Source of the DNA: Candidatus Fermentibacterota bacterium
Lineage (GTDB): Bacteria > JAFGKV01
Length of the DNA: 64,000 bases
Direction of reading: 5' to 3'
Assembly (NCBI GenBank): GCA_016928395.1
Contig: JAFGKV010000186.1
Coordinates: 599 to 64,598, forward strand
Below, piece by piece: positions 49,252-57,474 of this stretch. Below the pieces are notes generated by a model. It was not told where the DNA came from. It worked only from the letters and a program-made list of their open reading frames with translations, and searched no databases. The translations under genes were made by a program, and so were the position numbers. How positions within the stretch are numbered: the first letter of the stretch is position 1; every line of letters begins with the position of its first letter.

Positions 49252-49272
49252 CGATTCTGACTTCAGAACAGT
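49252..49272. repeat. Degenerate dyad site 4: CGATTCT-GACTTC-AGAACAGT
   Basis: One mismatch per arm to CTATTCT-N6-AGAATAG, same spacing. Confidence 0.55.
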
Positions 49273-49413
49273 GCCCGAGACCCCTCCATCCGACTCGGCT
49301 TCCGTCTGCTCTCCGTGTGGTCAGACTGCCTCCCCACGTTCCTTCGCGCAATCCCCGCGGCGAGCGCTGCGGACCGCTGCGGCGAGCGGGATTGGAGGAT
49401 GTCCGATCGATCA

Positions 49414-49492
49414 TATCCATCACAGCCTTTAGTGAAGGTCTCTCTCGGAACGGGACAGGCTTCAAGGAAGAGCCTCGACCCAGGACCGTCAA
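49414..49492 (-). repeat. Promoter/leader repeat copy 2
   Basis: Minus strand TTGACG-17-TTCCTT...CCGTTCCGAGAGAGACCTTCACTAAAGGCTGTGATGGATA. Confidence 0.85.
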
Positions 49493-49662
49493 GCCCGCCG
49501 GTTCAGCTTCGCGCCCTCCGCGGAGCCCGGGGAAATCACGATTTTAGGACCACACACAGTGCCCAGGCATGCGCACTGGAGCGTCCAACTCACGCCGATG
49601 ATTCTGTCCAATGTGCAGCCGGTGGTGAACGTGGCGAACATGCCGTTGGGGCACCGTATGTC

Positions 49663-50388
49663 TCATCCGTCTTCTTCGCCGGTCTTGTCGGTACCTCTAG
49701 ACATCCGCAGAAAGACAACGGAGTTCGCATTCCTGAATGGGGTGTCGTACTTGCACGCGAGAGATTCAACGAGGTCCACCTCGACCCATTCATTGTCGCG
49801 GGAGATTCTCTTCAGGCACTCGACTGAGACCGTCTCACTGAGCACATCGGGCAGTTTCTGATCAAGATACTGGTTATACCCGACTGGTATTGTTACGAGC
49901 GCCTTCCCGTCAGGAGTGAGAAGGGCCTGGACCTTCCTCAGGGCGGTAATCACCGATTCCTGCTGTCTCGGCCTCTCATCCCATCCCACATGCTCTATGG
50001 TCGAGATGGATACGATGACGTCGAATCGCCGCCCCGGGCGGAACGCGAGGAGATCCTGGTTGAGTACCGGTCTGTACGTACATCGTTCCCATTTGTCGAT
50101 GACGGTATGACCTATGTCGAAGTAATGGGACAAGACGTTGCCGACTTCGAGAGTCGTGGAAGGAGATGCCTTTCCCAGGAATTCACGCACATATGGGATT
50201 TCGACGGCACGTTCATTTGCCCATGTATGGTTATATGGATGGAAGAAGTACGGGTATTCACGTCCGCCAAGATGGAAGGTCCGCGTCCGCAGCGGGTTGC
50301 GATGTTCGCGGATAGTCCAGCGGATGCGATCGCTGAAGCATCGACGCCACAGCTTGAACTCCATACTGGAATCGCGCAGAATGCTCAA
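49663..50388 (-). CDS. SAM-dependent methyltransferase-like protein; start uncertain
   Basis: NERAVEIP, LEVGNV, FDVIVSISTIEHVG, LTPDG...VTIPVG. Confidence 0.75.
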   Translation of the reverse strand: MSILRDSSMEFKLWRRCFSDRIRWTIREHRNPLRTRTFHLGGREYPYFFHPYNHTWANERAVEIPYVREFLGKASPSTTLEVGNVLSHYFDIGHTVIDKWERCTYRPVLNQDLLAFRPGRRFDVIVSISTIEHVGWDERPRQQESVITALRKVQALLTPDGKALVTIPVGYNQYLDQKLPDVLSETVSVECLKRISRDNEWVEVDLVESLACKYDTPFRNANSVVFLRMSRGTDKTGEEDG

Positions 50389-50451
50389 CCGTGTCTCCCC
50401 ATCAGCCTCGAACCGCTGTTCCGTAAAGCCAGGTGCCGACGAAACGAATGC

Positions 50452-51441
50452 TCAACCCCCGTGGCAATACTTCTCGATCTCCTCTTCAGTCAAGGCGCGA
50501 TTGTAGACATAGACCTCATCTATCGTACCGCATGCATAGTGTTTCCCCCTCTCACCTGATCCGATCAGGAACGCGTCGGCTATGTCTGGAAGTCGCGCGG
50601 GAACTCCGTTGAGACTTCCGAATACCTGTCTGCCGTTGACGAAGACCCTCGCGAAGCCGTTATCAATGGTCATCGCATAATGATACCATTCATTCAGCTG
50701 GAAAGTGTGTGAGGGCACTTCGACATCAGTATGGCTGCCCGGATCATACAACGGATGCAGCTTCGGAGAGACCAACAGCCTATACGTGCAGCACTCAGCG
50801 GAACTGACAATCCCATCGTACTCGGCATGATCGGTAAGCCGAAACCAGGCCATGATCGTCATCTGATTGGTTGATGAGAATTCGTAGTGCCCGCTGACTT
50901 GGACATAGCTGCTGCGGCCGTTCAGTCTCAGCCCCTCCCCGTCCTTGCCTTCACCCCATTCTGCGCCAAAGACGGTGCTTGTATGCCCCTGCCCACTCTC
51001 GTCGTTCGCATCACCGTTCAAGGGAAGGTAGAGAAGGAGACCATCATGAGAGGCCCCTCCTGCCTGTGGAGACGCCGAAGCCTGACCGCGTTCCTTGGTT
51101 CTGAGATGAACATCGGTGATCGTTGTCTTGCCCGCCACAACGGCGATTCTGACGCGGGCCTCGGGGTGGCCATACTTGGCCACGATGACCACGTAGTGAC
51201 CGACAAGGACGTCGGCGATCGTGAAACTCCCGTTCTCGTCAGTCGTGACGGCGCTGGTAGGCGGGTCCGTACAGACGCTGGCGAGTGGGATGGCCGTCCC
51301 GTCTCGGGAGTCGATGGCTCTTCCGCTGATGATCCCTGTGGGAGGAACGGGTTCGGGAGGTGTTTCTACTGGCACACGCCCTGCAAACCGATGACATGCG
51401 AGCTGGCAAAGTAGCAACAACACTATCCAGGGTCTGTTCAT
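50452..51441 (-). CDS. Lipoprotein with carboxypeptidase-regulatory-like and LamG-like domains
   Basis: GGAGG RBS; LAC lipobox; GIISGRAID...TTDENGSF; YLPLNGDANDESG, EWYHYA, FVNG, GTIDEVYVYNRAL. Confidence 0.82.
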   Translation of the reverse strand: MNRPWIVLLLLCQLACHRFAGRVPVETPPEPVPPTGIISGRAIDSRDGTAIPLASVCTDPPTSAVTTDENGSFTIADVLVGHYVVIVAKYGHPEARVRIAVVAGKTTITDVHLRTKERGQASASPQAGGASHDGLLLYLPLNGDANDESGQGHTSTVFGAEWGEGKDGEGLRLNGRSSYVQVSGHYEFSSTNQMTIMAWFRLTDHAEYDGIVSSAECCTYRLLVSPKLHPLYDPGSHTDVEVPSHTFQLNEWYHYAMTIDNGFARVFVNGRQVFGSLNGVPARLPDIADAFLIGSGERGKHYACGTIDEVYVYNRALTEEEIEKYCHGG

Positions 51442-51847
51442 GAAATGATCCCTCCCTCCTTCGCTTCTCGTTGATCCGGGCCGCGGCCCACCCAACTATG
51501 GCTCCTGTGGATCCGAAGGGGATGCCGAGGTCGGAGGGTAGCCGCAGAACCCGCCCTCGGCGGACTGCGATGGTAGTGAATCTTCCTGTGAGCATTGCCT
51601 TCCGTCCTGCCATTATGGACTCGCCTGCATCTCATGCGTGCCCAGCCAGTCGCATCCGCCTCTGACCAGAAGCGCGCCAACCGTATTGGTGCCATGAGGA
51701 AACACACGGTCCTCGGCGCTCGGGGGCCAGTGGATTGGGCCGTGTCGGGATGCCGCGGCAGGCGGCCGGCCGTCGGACGTAGCGAAGGCGGTGAGGCGCG
51801 CTCGGTTGGTGTGTAGGGTCGCGGGCTGGTTGCCCAAGATCCGACCG

Positions 51848-51925
51848 TATCCATCACAGCCCCTGGTAAAGGTTCATCTCGGAACGGGATGAGACCAAAG
51901 AGCAACATTGACTCCGCACCGTCAA
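51848..51925 (-). repeat. Promoter/leader repeat copy 3 (more diverged)
   Basis: Minus strand TTGACG...CCGTTCCGAGATGAACCTTTACCAGGGGCTGTGATGGATA. Confidence 0.8.
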
Positions 51926-52074
51926 CGCCGCTGAGCTGACTCCGCAATGACCGCTCGGGATCTTCCCCGGGCATCATGGTCATGGGGGACACGTCACAGA
52001 CAGCATTTGTCCTATCACCGCTTCTTCCCTATCGAAGCGTCGGTTCTCCCCCTCTCGCTGCCGCACACGGGCGT

Positions 52075-52128
52075 GTAGGGGCAAGGCTCTGACCTTGCCC
52101 ACGGGCGGAGTCAAAGCTCCGCCCCTAC
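52075..52128. repeat. GTAG-type REP doublet (REPIN-like)
   Basis: GTAG-GGGCAAGG/CCTTGCCC followed by the inverted GGGCGGAG/CTCCGCCC-CTAC. Confidence 0.75.
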
Positions 52129-52535
52129 AAGGAGCGCGGCGGCAAGGTCCAGCATCGTGCGGCGGTGCATTCTTCACGCCGTACCTTTCTCGCCGCTTCG
52201 CCACCCATGCAAGGTGTTGCGGCAGGCCTGCGCACTCCACAGCCTGCCGGGTTCCAGTTGTCGGAGGAGATCGCGGGGATTCCGAGGGAACGCCCTCACC
52301 GGCGAGTCCAGACCATTTCGCGCCGGCGTCGACACCGCTTCGGCTCGTTCGCGCTTTGCAGCGTTCTGATCGGCCGGATCGCGCCTGTAGCGAACCGCAG
52401 ATTGGCGCCGCGCGGATAAGGCATACTCGATCGTGTGTCTACGCCGAGGGCGCGTGCTGACAGCCGCACGCACCGACCATCTTGACAGGACTGAGCCGGA
52501 TTACAACTTGTCAGGGTTTCCATAAGGTATCGACT

Positions 52536-52611
52536 GGGCGGGTAGCTCAGCTGGCAGAGCACCGGCGTCACAAGCCGGGGGCCACAGGTTCAAGCCCTGT
52601 TCCGCCCACCA
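52536..52611 (+). tRNA. tRNA-Val (CAC)
   Basis: GGGCGGG/TCCGCCC acceptor stem, GCTC/GAGC D arm, CCGGC-GTCACAA-GCCGG anticodon arm, ACAGG-TTCAAGC-CCTGT T arm, encoded CCA. Confidence 0.93.
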
Positions 52612-52679
52612 GTCTTGCAGTAGTCAGGCCTTTCGAGGGCCGGCTTCCCTCTCACGCGCCTAGTTAGGCATGCGGGCAC

Positions 52680-53393
52680 ATGGATGAAACCATAGAACTC
52701 CTGCTCAAGCTTCAGGAGATCGATTCTCTGGCGGACGAGCTGGAGAGGAAGAGGGCGCTGGTTCCCAAGCGTCGCGCTGAGCAGCAGGCGGTGCTGGATG
52801 CCGCAGTTGCCGCAGTGGCTGAGCACAAGGACCGGGTCAAGAAGAAGGAACTAGACAAGCGCGCCGCAGAGAACGAAGTCAAGGAGATCGAACAGACCAC
52901 GCTACGCTACCAGACCCAGCTCAATGCCGCCAAATCGAACGACGAATACCGGGCGCTGGTTGCCCAGATCCGGCGAGCCAAGGAACGGCAGAACGCCCTT
53001 GAGGACCGGGTCCTCGCCGCCATGGAAGAGATCGATCAAGTCGAGCGTGCGCTTGGCGAGGCAGAGGCCGCCCGAAAAGCCGCCCACCAGCAGTCTGCAG
53101 ACCGCGATCGTGAGCTCACTGCTCTGTCGGCCTCGCTGGGGGAGGGAATCCAGGCAAAGGCTATGGAGAGGAAGCGGGTCGCCTCGTCCCTCGATCCGGT
53201 GACCTTGCGCCGGTACGAGCGTATCCGGAGTGGCCAAGGCGCTCCTGCGGTAGCCGTGATTGATGGCTACATTTGCGGGGGTTGTCACGGCACTCTTCCG
53301 GCGCAGACTGTCAACGAGATCCGGAGAAGAGACAAGCTGTACACGTGCCAGTTCTGCGGCAGGATCGTAGTCACGCTCTCACCGCAGGACTAG
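52680..53393 (+). CDS. Coiled-coil protein with C4-type zinc ribbon
   Basis: LLKLQEID, long coiled coil, YERIR, CGGCH, CQFCGRI. Confidence 0.88.
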   Translation: MDETIELLLKLQEIDSLADELERKRALVPKRRAEQQAVLDAAVAAVAEHKDRVKKKELDKRAAENEVKEIEQTTLRYQTQLNAAKSNDEYRALVAQIRRAKERQNALEDRVLAAMEEIDQVERALGEAEAARKAAHQQSADRDRELTALSASLGEGIQAKAMERKRVASSLDPVTLRRYERIRSGQGAPAVAVIDGYICGGCHGTLPAQTVNEIRRRDKLYTCQFCGRIVVTLSPQD

Positions 53394-53408
53394 GCTGGTT
53401 AGCCGTCA

Positions 53409-53882
53409 GGGACGGCCCCAGGCGATCGCCTCCCGGCAGCGCCGGGGGGAGGAAAGTCCGAGCTCCCCGGGGCAGGGTGCTTCGTAACGCGAAGGCCGGG
53501 TGACCGGCGGAAAGCGCCACAGAAAGTATACCGCCCCGCACCCAAAGGCTGCGGTGCCCCTGCACTGCAGCAGTCTGGTTTCTTTATCCGCCGCCTTTGG
53601 GTGCGGGGTAAGGGTGAAACGGTGAGGTAAGAGCTCACCGGTTCCGGAGGCGACTCCGGAAGCCGGGCAAGCCCCACCTGGAGCAAGGCCAAATAGGGAG
53701 GAATGAGCCGCCCCGACTCTCATCCTCCGGGTAGGCCGCGTGAGCCCGTCGGTGACGGCGGGCCCAGATGAATGATCGCCACCCCGCACCCACGAGCCGC
53801 GAAGGGGGAGCAGGCAATGCCCATGTTCCCGCTGCGCTGCTTGTGGGTGCGGGGAACAGAACTCGGCTTATGGGGCCGTCCC
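53409..53882 (+). ncRNA. rnpB: RNase P RNA (type A, about 474 nt)
   Basis: GAGGAAAGTCCGAGCT, AGCGCCACAGAAA, GGGTGAAACGG, GGAGCAAG, AGATGAATGATCG, AACAGAACTCGGCTTA; P1 GGGACGGCCCCA/TGGGGCCGTCCC. Confidence 0.95.
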
Positions 53883-56042
53883 ATGACGCTATCGTCCGAT
53901 GCTTTTATCGCCGGTGTAAGGGATCTCGATCCCAGCCTCGACACCGTCATCCTTGGCCGCGCGTTCGACATGGCATCCGCGGCCCATCGCGACCAGATGC
54001 GTGCCTCTGGTGAGGCATACTTCAGCCATCCCCAGGCCGTGGCGCTCACCGTTGCCCGCCTGGGCCAGGGCAGTGACGCGGTAGCCGCTGCCCTGCTTCA
54101 CGACGTCGTCGAAGACGGCGGCGTCACCATCGACAATGTGCGACGCGCCTTTGGCCCCGGCATCGCGACTCTGGTGGCGGCACTGTCCAAGATGTCTGCC
54201 CTCGAGACCCCCCAACGGGAGGCCCGTCAGGCCGAGTACTTCCGGCGTCTCCTCCTGGCATTGGGCGAAGATGTGCGGGTGATCGTCATTAAGCTGGCAG
54301 ATCGCCTCCACAACATGCAGACCCTTTCCTTTCTCGCCCCTGACCGCCAGCGCTCCATCGCCACTGAAACCCTGGATATCTATGCGCCCCTCGCCCATCG
54401 CCTGGGAATGGGGTGGTTTCGTGTGCAGTTGGAGGATCTCGCCTTCAAAGAGCTCGATCCGGCATCGTATCAGCAGATGAAGGAACGTGTCGCTGCCCGG
54501 CGAGAGGAACGCGAGTCTATGGTGGAGGGATTGGCCGCTCCTCTGGCCGCCATGCTCACCGCGGAGGGAATCTGCGGGCAGGTGGTTGGGAGGGTGAAGC
54601 ACTTCTACGGCATCTATCGGAAGATGAAGCTCAACGGGAAGTCGTTCGATGAGATCTTCGACCTGGTAGGTCTTCGAGTCATCACGCAGTCAGTGGAGGA
54701 CTGCTATCGGGCGTTGGGTCTGGCCCACACAATGTGGGCCCCGGTGGAAGGGCGTTTCAAGGACTACATCGCGGTTCCCAAACCCAACATGTATCAAAGC
54801 ATCCACACCACGGTCAAAACCGAGGAGGGTGTCACCGTGGAGTTGCAGATACGGACCTCGGTGATGGACACCATTGCTGAATTCGGCGTTGCGGCACACT
54901 GGCGATACCATCTGGAGCAAACCGGAAAACGCTACGTGGCCAAGGAGCATTTTCGCTGGATTCGACAGCTCCTCGAGTCAGAAACCGCCGAGGATGCCCG
55001 GAGGGATCTGCTGGGCGCCTTCCGCGACGGAACCCGAGACGCCGAGGTCATGGTGCTGACGCCCCGCGGCAAGTTGATTCCCATGCGGGCCGGTTCTACG
55101 GCCCTTGACTTCGCATTCTCCCTGCACTCCGATATTGGGCTGCACTGCGCCGGCGCCCGGGTCAATGGAAAGGCCGTCACGCTGGATCATGTCCTGAGCA
55201 GTGGTGATCAGGTGGAGATTCTCACCTCCCCTGCAGCCCATCCCACCCCAGGCTGGCTCACCAGGGTGGCGGGCACCAGTGCCCGTCAGAAGATCAGGCG
55301 ATACCTTCGGCGAGCAGAGCGTGAGCGACTTCAGGCGTCAGGACGGACACTGCTCCTACGGTATCTGCGCAAAGAGAAGCTCCCGCTTCCCAAGACGGGG
55401 ATTGCGTGGGATGAGCTAGCCCAGACCCTTCAGTATCCTACGGTTACTGAACTTCTTCATGCCGCGGCCATTGGCGCCGTGAGCCGTTCCCATCTGGCAG
55501 CGCTGCGACCCAAGGAGGAACCATCGCCATCTCAGGAACCCCTGCGCGACATACCCCATGAAGCCCGGGGAATTCGTTTGGGCGATCTCCGCGGGATTGC
55601 CGTCAGATTCGCCGAATGCTGCCGGCCGATTCCGGGTGACAGGATCACCGCCATGGTGACCAGGGGCCGGGGCGCCAGTATCCATCGCGTTGATTGCAGC
55701 AATGCCTTCCGAGGCGACGCCGAACGGTGGATCACCGTGGAGTGGGATGTGGCGCACGGAGAGACCTTCAGTGCCCACTTGGCCGTACTGGTCGGCCAAC
55801 GGAGAACGGTGCTGGGAGACATGGAGGCGGCAATCCAGGGTGCAGGCGCACGGCTGGGAGGGATTGAGATCACCAGCGACATTGACGGATCTCGTTGGCT
55901 GCAACTGGTGGTGGTCGTGACGGGCACACAGCATGTGGACGCAGTGCTGACGGCGATCCGCAAGCTGCCCGGCGTCCTTGAGGCGGCGCGGGGACGCCCC
56001 ACCAGGCCTGGCCGAAGAGTGCAGAGAGCGATCCAGTCGTGA
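53883..56042 (+). CDS. rel: Bifunctional (p)ppGpp synthetase/hydrolase Rel (RelA/SpoT family)
   Basis: LLHDVVED, KLADRLHNM, APLAHRLG, GRVKH, KDYIAVPKPNMYQSIHT, ELQIRT, TGS domain, CCRPIPGD, ACT-like end. Confidence 0.93.
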   Translation: MTLSSDAFIAGVRDLDPSLDTVILGRAFDMASAAHRDQMRASGEAYFSHPQAVALTVARLGQGSDAVAAALLHDVVEDGGVTIDNVRRAFGPGIATLVAALSKMSALETPQREARQAEYFRRLLLALGEDVRVIVIKLADRLHNMQTLSFLAPDRQRSIATETLDIYAPLAHRLGMGWFRVQLEDLAFKELDPASYQQMKERVAARREERESMVEGLAAPLAAMLTAEGICGQVVGRVKHFYGIYRKMKLNGKSFDEIFDLVGLRVITQSVEDCYRALGLAHTMWAPVEGRFKDYIAVPKPNMYQSIHTTVKTEEGVTVELQIRTSVMDTIAEFGVAAHWRYHLEQTGKRYVAKEHFRWIRQLLESETAEDARRDLLGAFRDGTRDAEVMVLTPRGKLIPMRAGSTALDFAFSLHSDIGLHCAGARVNGKAVTLDHVLSSGDQVEILTSPAAHPTPGWLTRVAGTSARQKIRRYLRRAERERLQASGRTLLLRYLRKEKLPLPKTGIAWDELAQTLQYPTVTELLHAAAIGAVSRSHLAALRPKEEPSPSQEPLRDIPHEARGIRLGDLRGIAVRFAECCRPIPGDRITAMVTRGRGASIHRVDCSNAFRGDAERWITVEWDVAHGETFSAHLAVLVGQRRTVLGDMEAAIQGAGARLGGIEITSDIDGSRWLQLVVVVTGTQHVDAVLTAIRKLPGVLEAARGRPTRPGRRVQRAIQS

Positions 56043-56058
56043 CGGCGCGGGTATCAAA

Positions 56059-56121
56059 GTTCAGGGTTCAGGGTTCAGGGTTCAGGGTTCAGGGTTCAGG
56101 GTTCAGGGGTCAGGGGTCAGT
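56059..56121. repeat. Heptamer tandem repeat (GTTCAGG)x7 plus 2 variants
   Basis: Read directly from the sequence. Confidence 0.95.
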
Positions 56122-56352
56122 CGGGCCTCTGGCGGCGGGATACTCGGGGTTTTCGAGGTTGGGAGTACGCCGAGTTGTAGCCCCGTCGCTCTGCGCCGGG
56201 CGCCCGTGAGAGCTCAGGTCGTCGGACACGGGCGCAGCTAGTGATCTGCCACCGGGCCGCAGTCAGCCACGTCACGGATTGATGCGATCGACTTCGCAGG
56301 GTACCTTGCCGACCATGTTGACACGAAGACACAACGGTCCGGAGGCCACTCC

Positions 56353-57474
56353 ATGAAGGGCACGCGCACATCGACAACAGACGAGCACTGGATGGGACGG
56401 GCCGCAGCCTTGGCCCGCCGGGGCGAAGGCAGGACTTCGCCCAACCCACTCGTGGGGGCTGTGCTGGTCAATGAGGGACGAGTCGTGGGAGCTGGTTTCC
56501 ACGCGCGCGCAGGCGGTCCCCACGCAGAGATTGTCGCGCTGAAGGCCGCGGGACCTGCGGCGCGGGGTGCCGACCTGTATGTCACTCTGGAACCCTGTGC
56601 CCATCACGGGCGTACTCCGCCCTGTGCAGACGCTCTCGTGGCCGCGGGAGTCAGGCGGGTGGTTGCTGGAGTGCAAGACCCGAATCCCTTGGTGGACGGC
56701 CGGGGCTTCGCCCGGCTGGCGGTCGCGGGCGTGGAGATCCGAGTCGGCGTACTCGCGCCGCTATGCCAGCGACTCATCGAGCCCTATGCAGTGGCCATGG
56801 CCGCGGGGCGCCCTTTCGTTCACCTCAAGATGGCCTTCTCCGCCGACGGGCGGATTGCCCCTGCAACGGGTTCATCCCGCTGGATAACCGGTCCCGCGGC
56901 CCGGCGGTGCGCCCATCGGTTGCGGTCACGGCTGGACGCGGTGCTCGTGGGCATCACCACCGTCCTGATGGATGACCCTGCGTTGGATGTCCGCCTATCC
57001 GGGGCTCCCAGGGCCCAGCCCCGTGCGGTGGTGCTCGATGCCGGTGCGCGAACGCCTCCCCAGGCGCGCCTGCTGAGGCCGGGTTCGGATGGCCCCCCGC
57101 TGATCCTCTGCGCCGCCGACGCACCACGGCAGCGAGTTGCTGCATTGGCGGCCGCAGGCGCCCGTGTGGTGCCGGTGCCCGAGGAGCCGCCGGGCATGCT
57201 CCATATCCCTTCCGTGCTGGAGGCCTTGGCACACGAGGGGATTCAGAGCATTCTGGTCGAAGGGGGAGGCCAGGTGGCCGGCTCCTTCCTGGCGGCGGGC
57301 GTGGTGGATCGTGCAACCATATTCCTGGCGCCGGTGTTTCTCGGCTCCGAGGCCACCGCTGCAGTGGCCGGCCTGGGCCGGCTGGACCTATTGTCCGCGC
57401 CCCGGGGCAGGCTTGTAGGCATCCGCCGAGTCGGATCTGATGCGGTGATCGAATTGGCGCTGGGAGGTCGATGA
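56353..57474 (+). CDS. ribD: Riboflavin biosynthesis deaminase/reductase
   Basis: TSPNPLVG, HAE, TLEPCAHHGRTPPC, SRWIT, LVEGG. Confidence 0.96.
   Translation: MKGTRTSTTDEHWMGRAAALARRGEGRTSPNPLVGAVLVNEGRVVGAGFHARAGGPHAEIVALKAAGPAARGADLYVTLEPCAHHGRTPPCADALVAAGVRRVVAGVQDPNPLVDGRGFARLAVAGVEIRVGVLAPLCQRLIEPYAVAMAAGRPFVHLKMAFSADGRIAPATGSSRWITGPAARRCAHRLRSRLDAVLVGITTVLMDDPALDVRLSGAPRAQPRAVVLDAGARTPPQARLLRPGSDGPPLILCAADAPRQRVAALAAAGARVVPVPEEPPGMLHIPSVLEALAHEGIQSILVEGGGQVAGSFLAAGVVDRATIFLAPVFLGSEATAAVAGLGRLDLLSAPRGRLVGIRRVGSDAVIELALGGR

Noticed and set aside
44956-51992. ORFs 44956-45717, 49172-49492 and 51438-51992 as a protein family sharing PFRERP..AVMD
   Set aside because: The similarity is confined to the DNA repeat, the upstream TTGAC falls out of frame in copy 3, and the flanks are non-coding-like. 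A nucleotide element explains it better.
35930-52500. Classical integron or tRNA-integrated island
   Set aside because: No IntI or integrase, no convincing attC, and the region lies 5' of tRNA-Val with no duplicated tRNA 3' end seen.
56122-56352. FMN riboswitch upstream of ribD
   Set aside because: The RFN hallmarks (AGGGCGGGGTGAAATTCCC, AGTCCGGATG) are not present.
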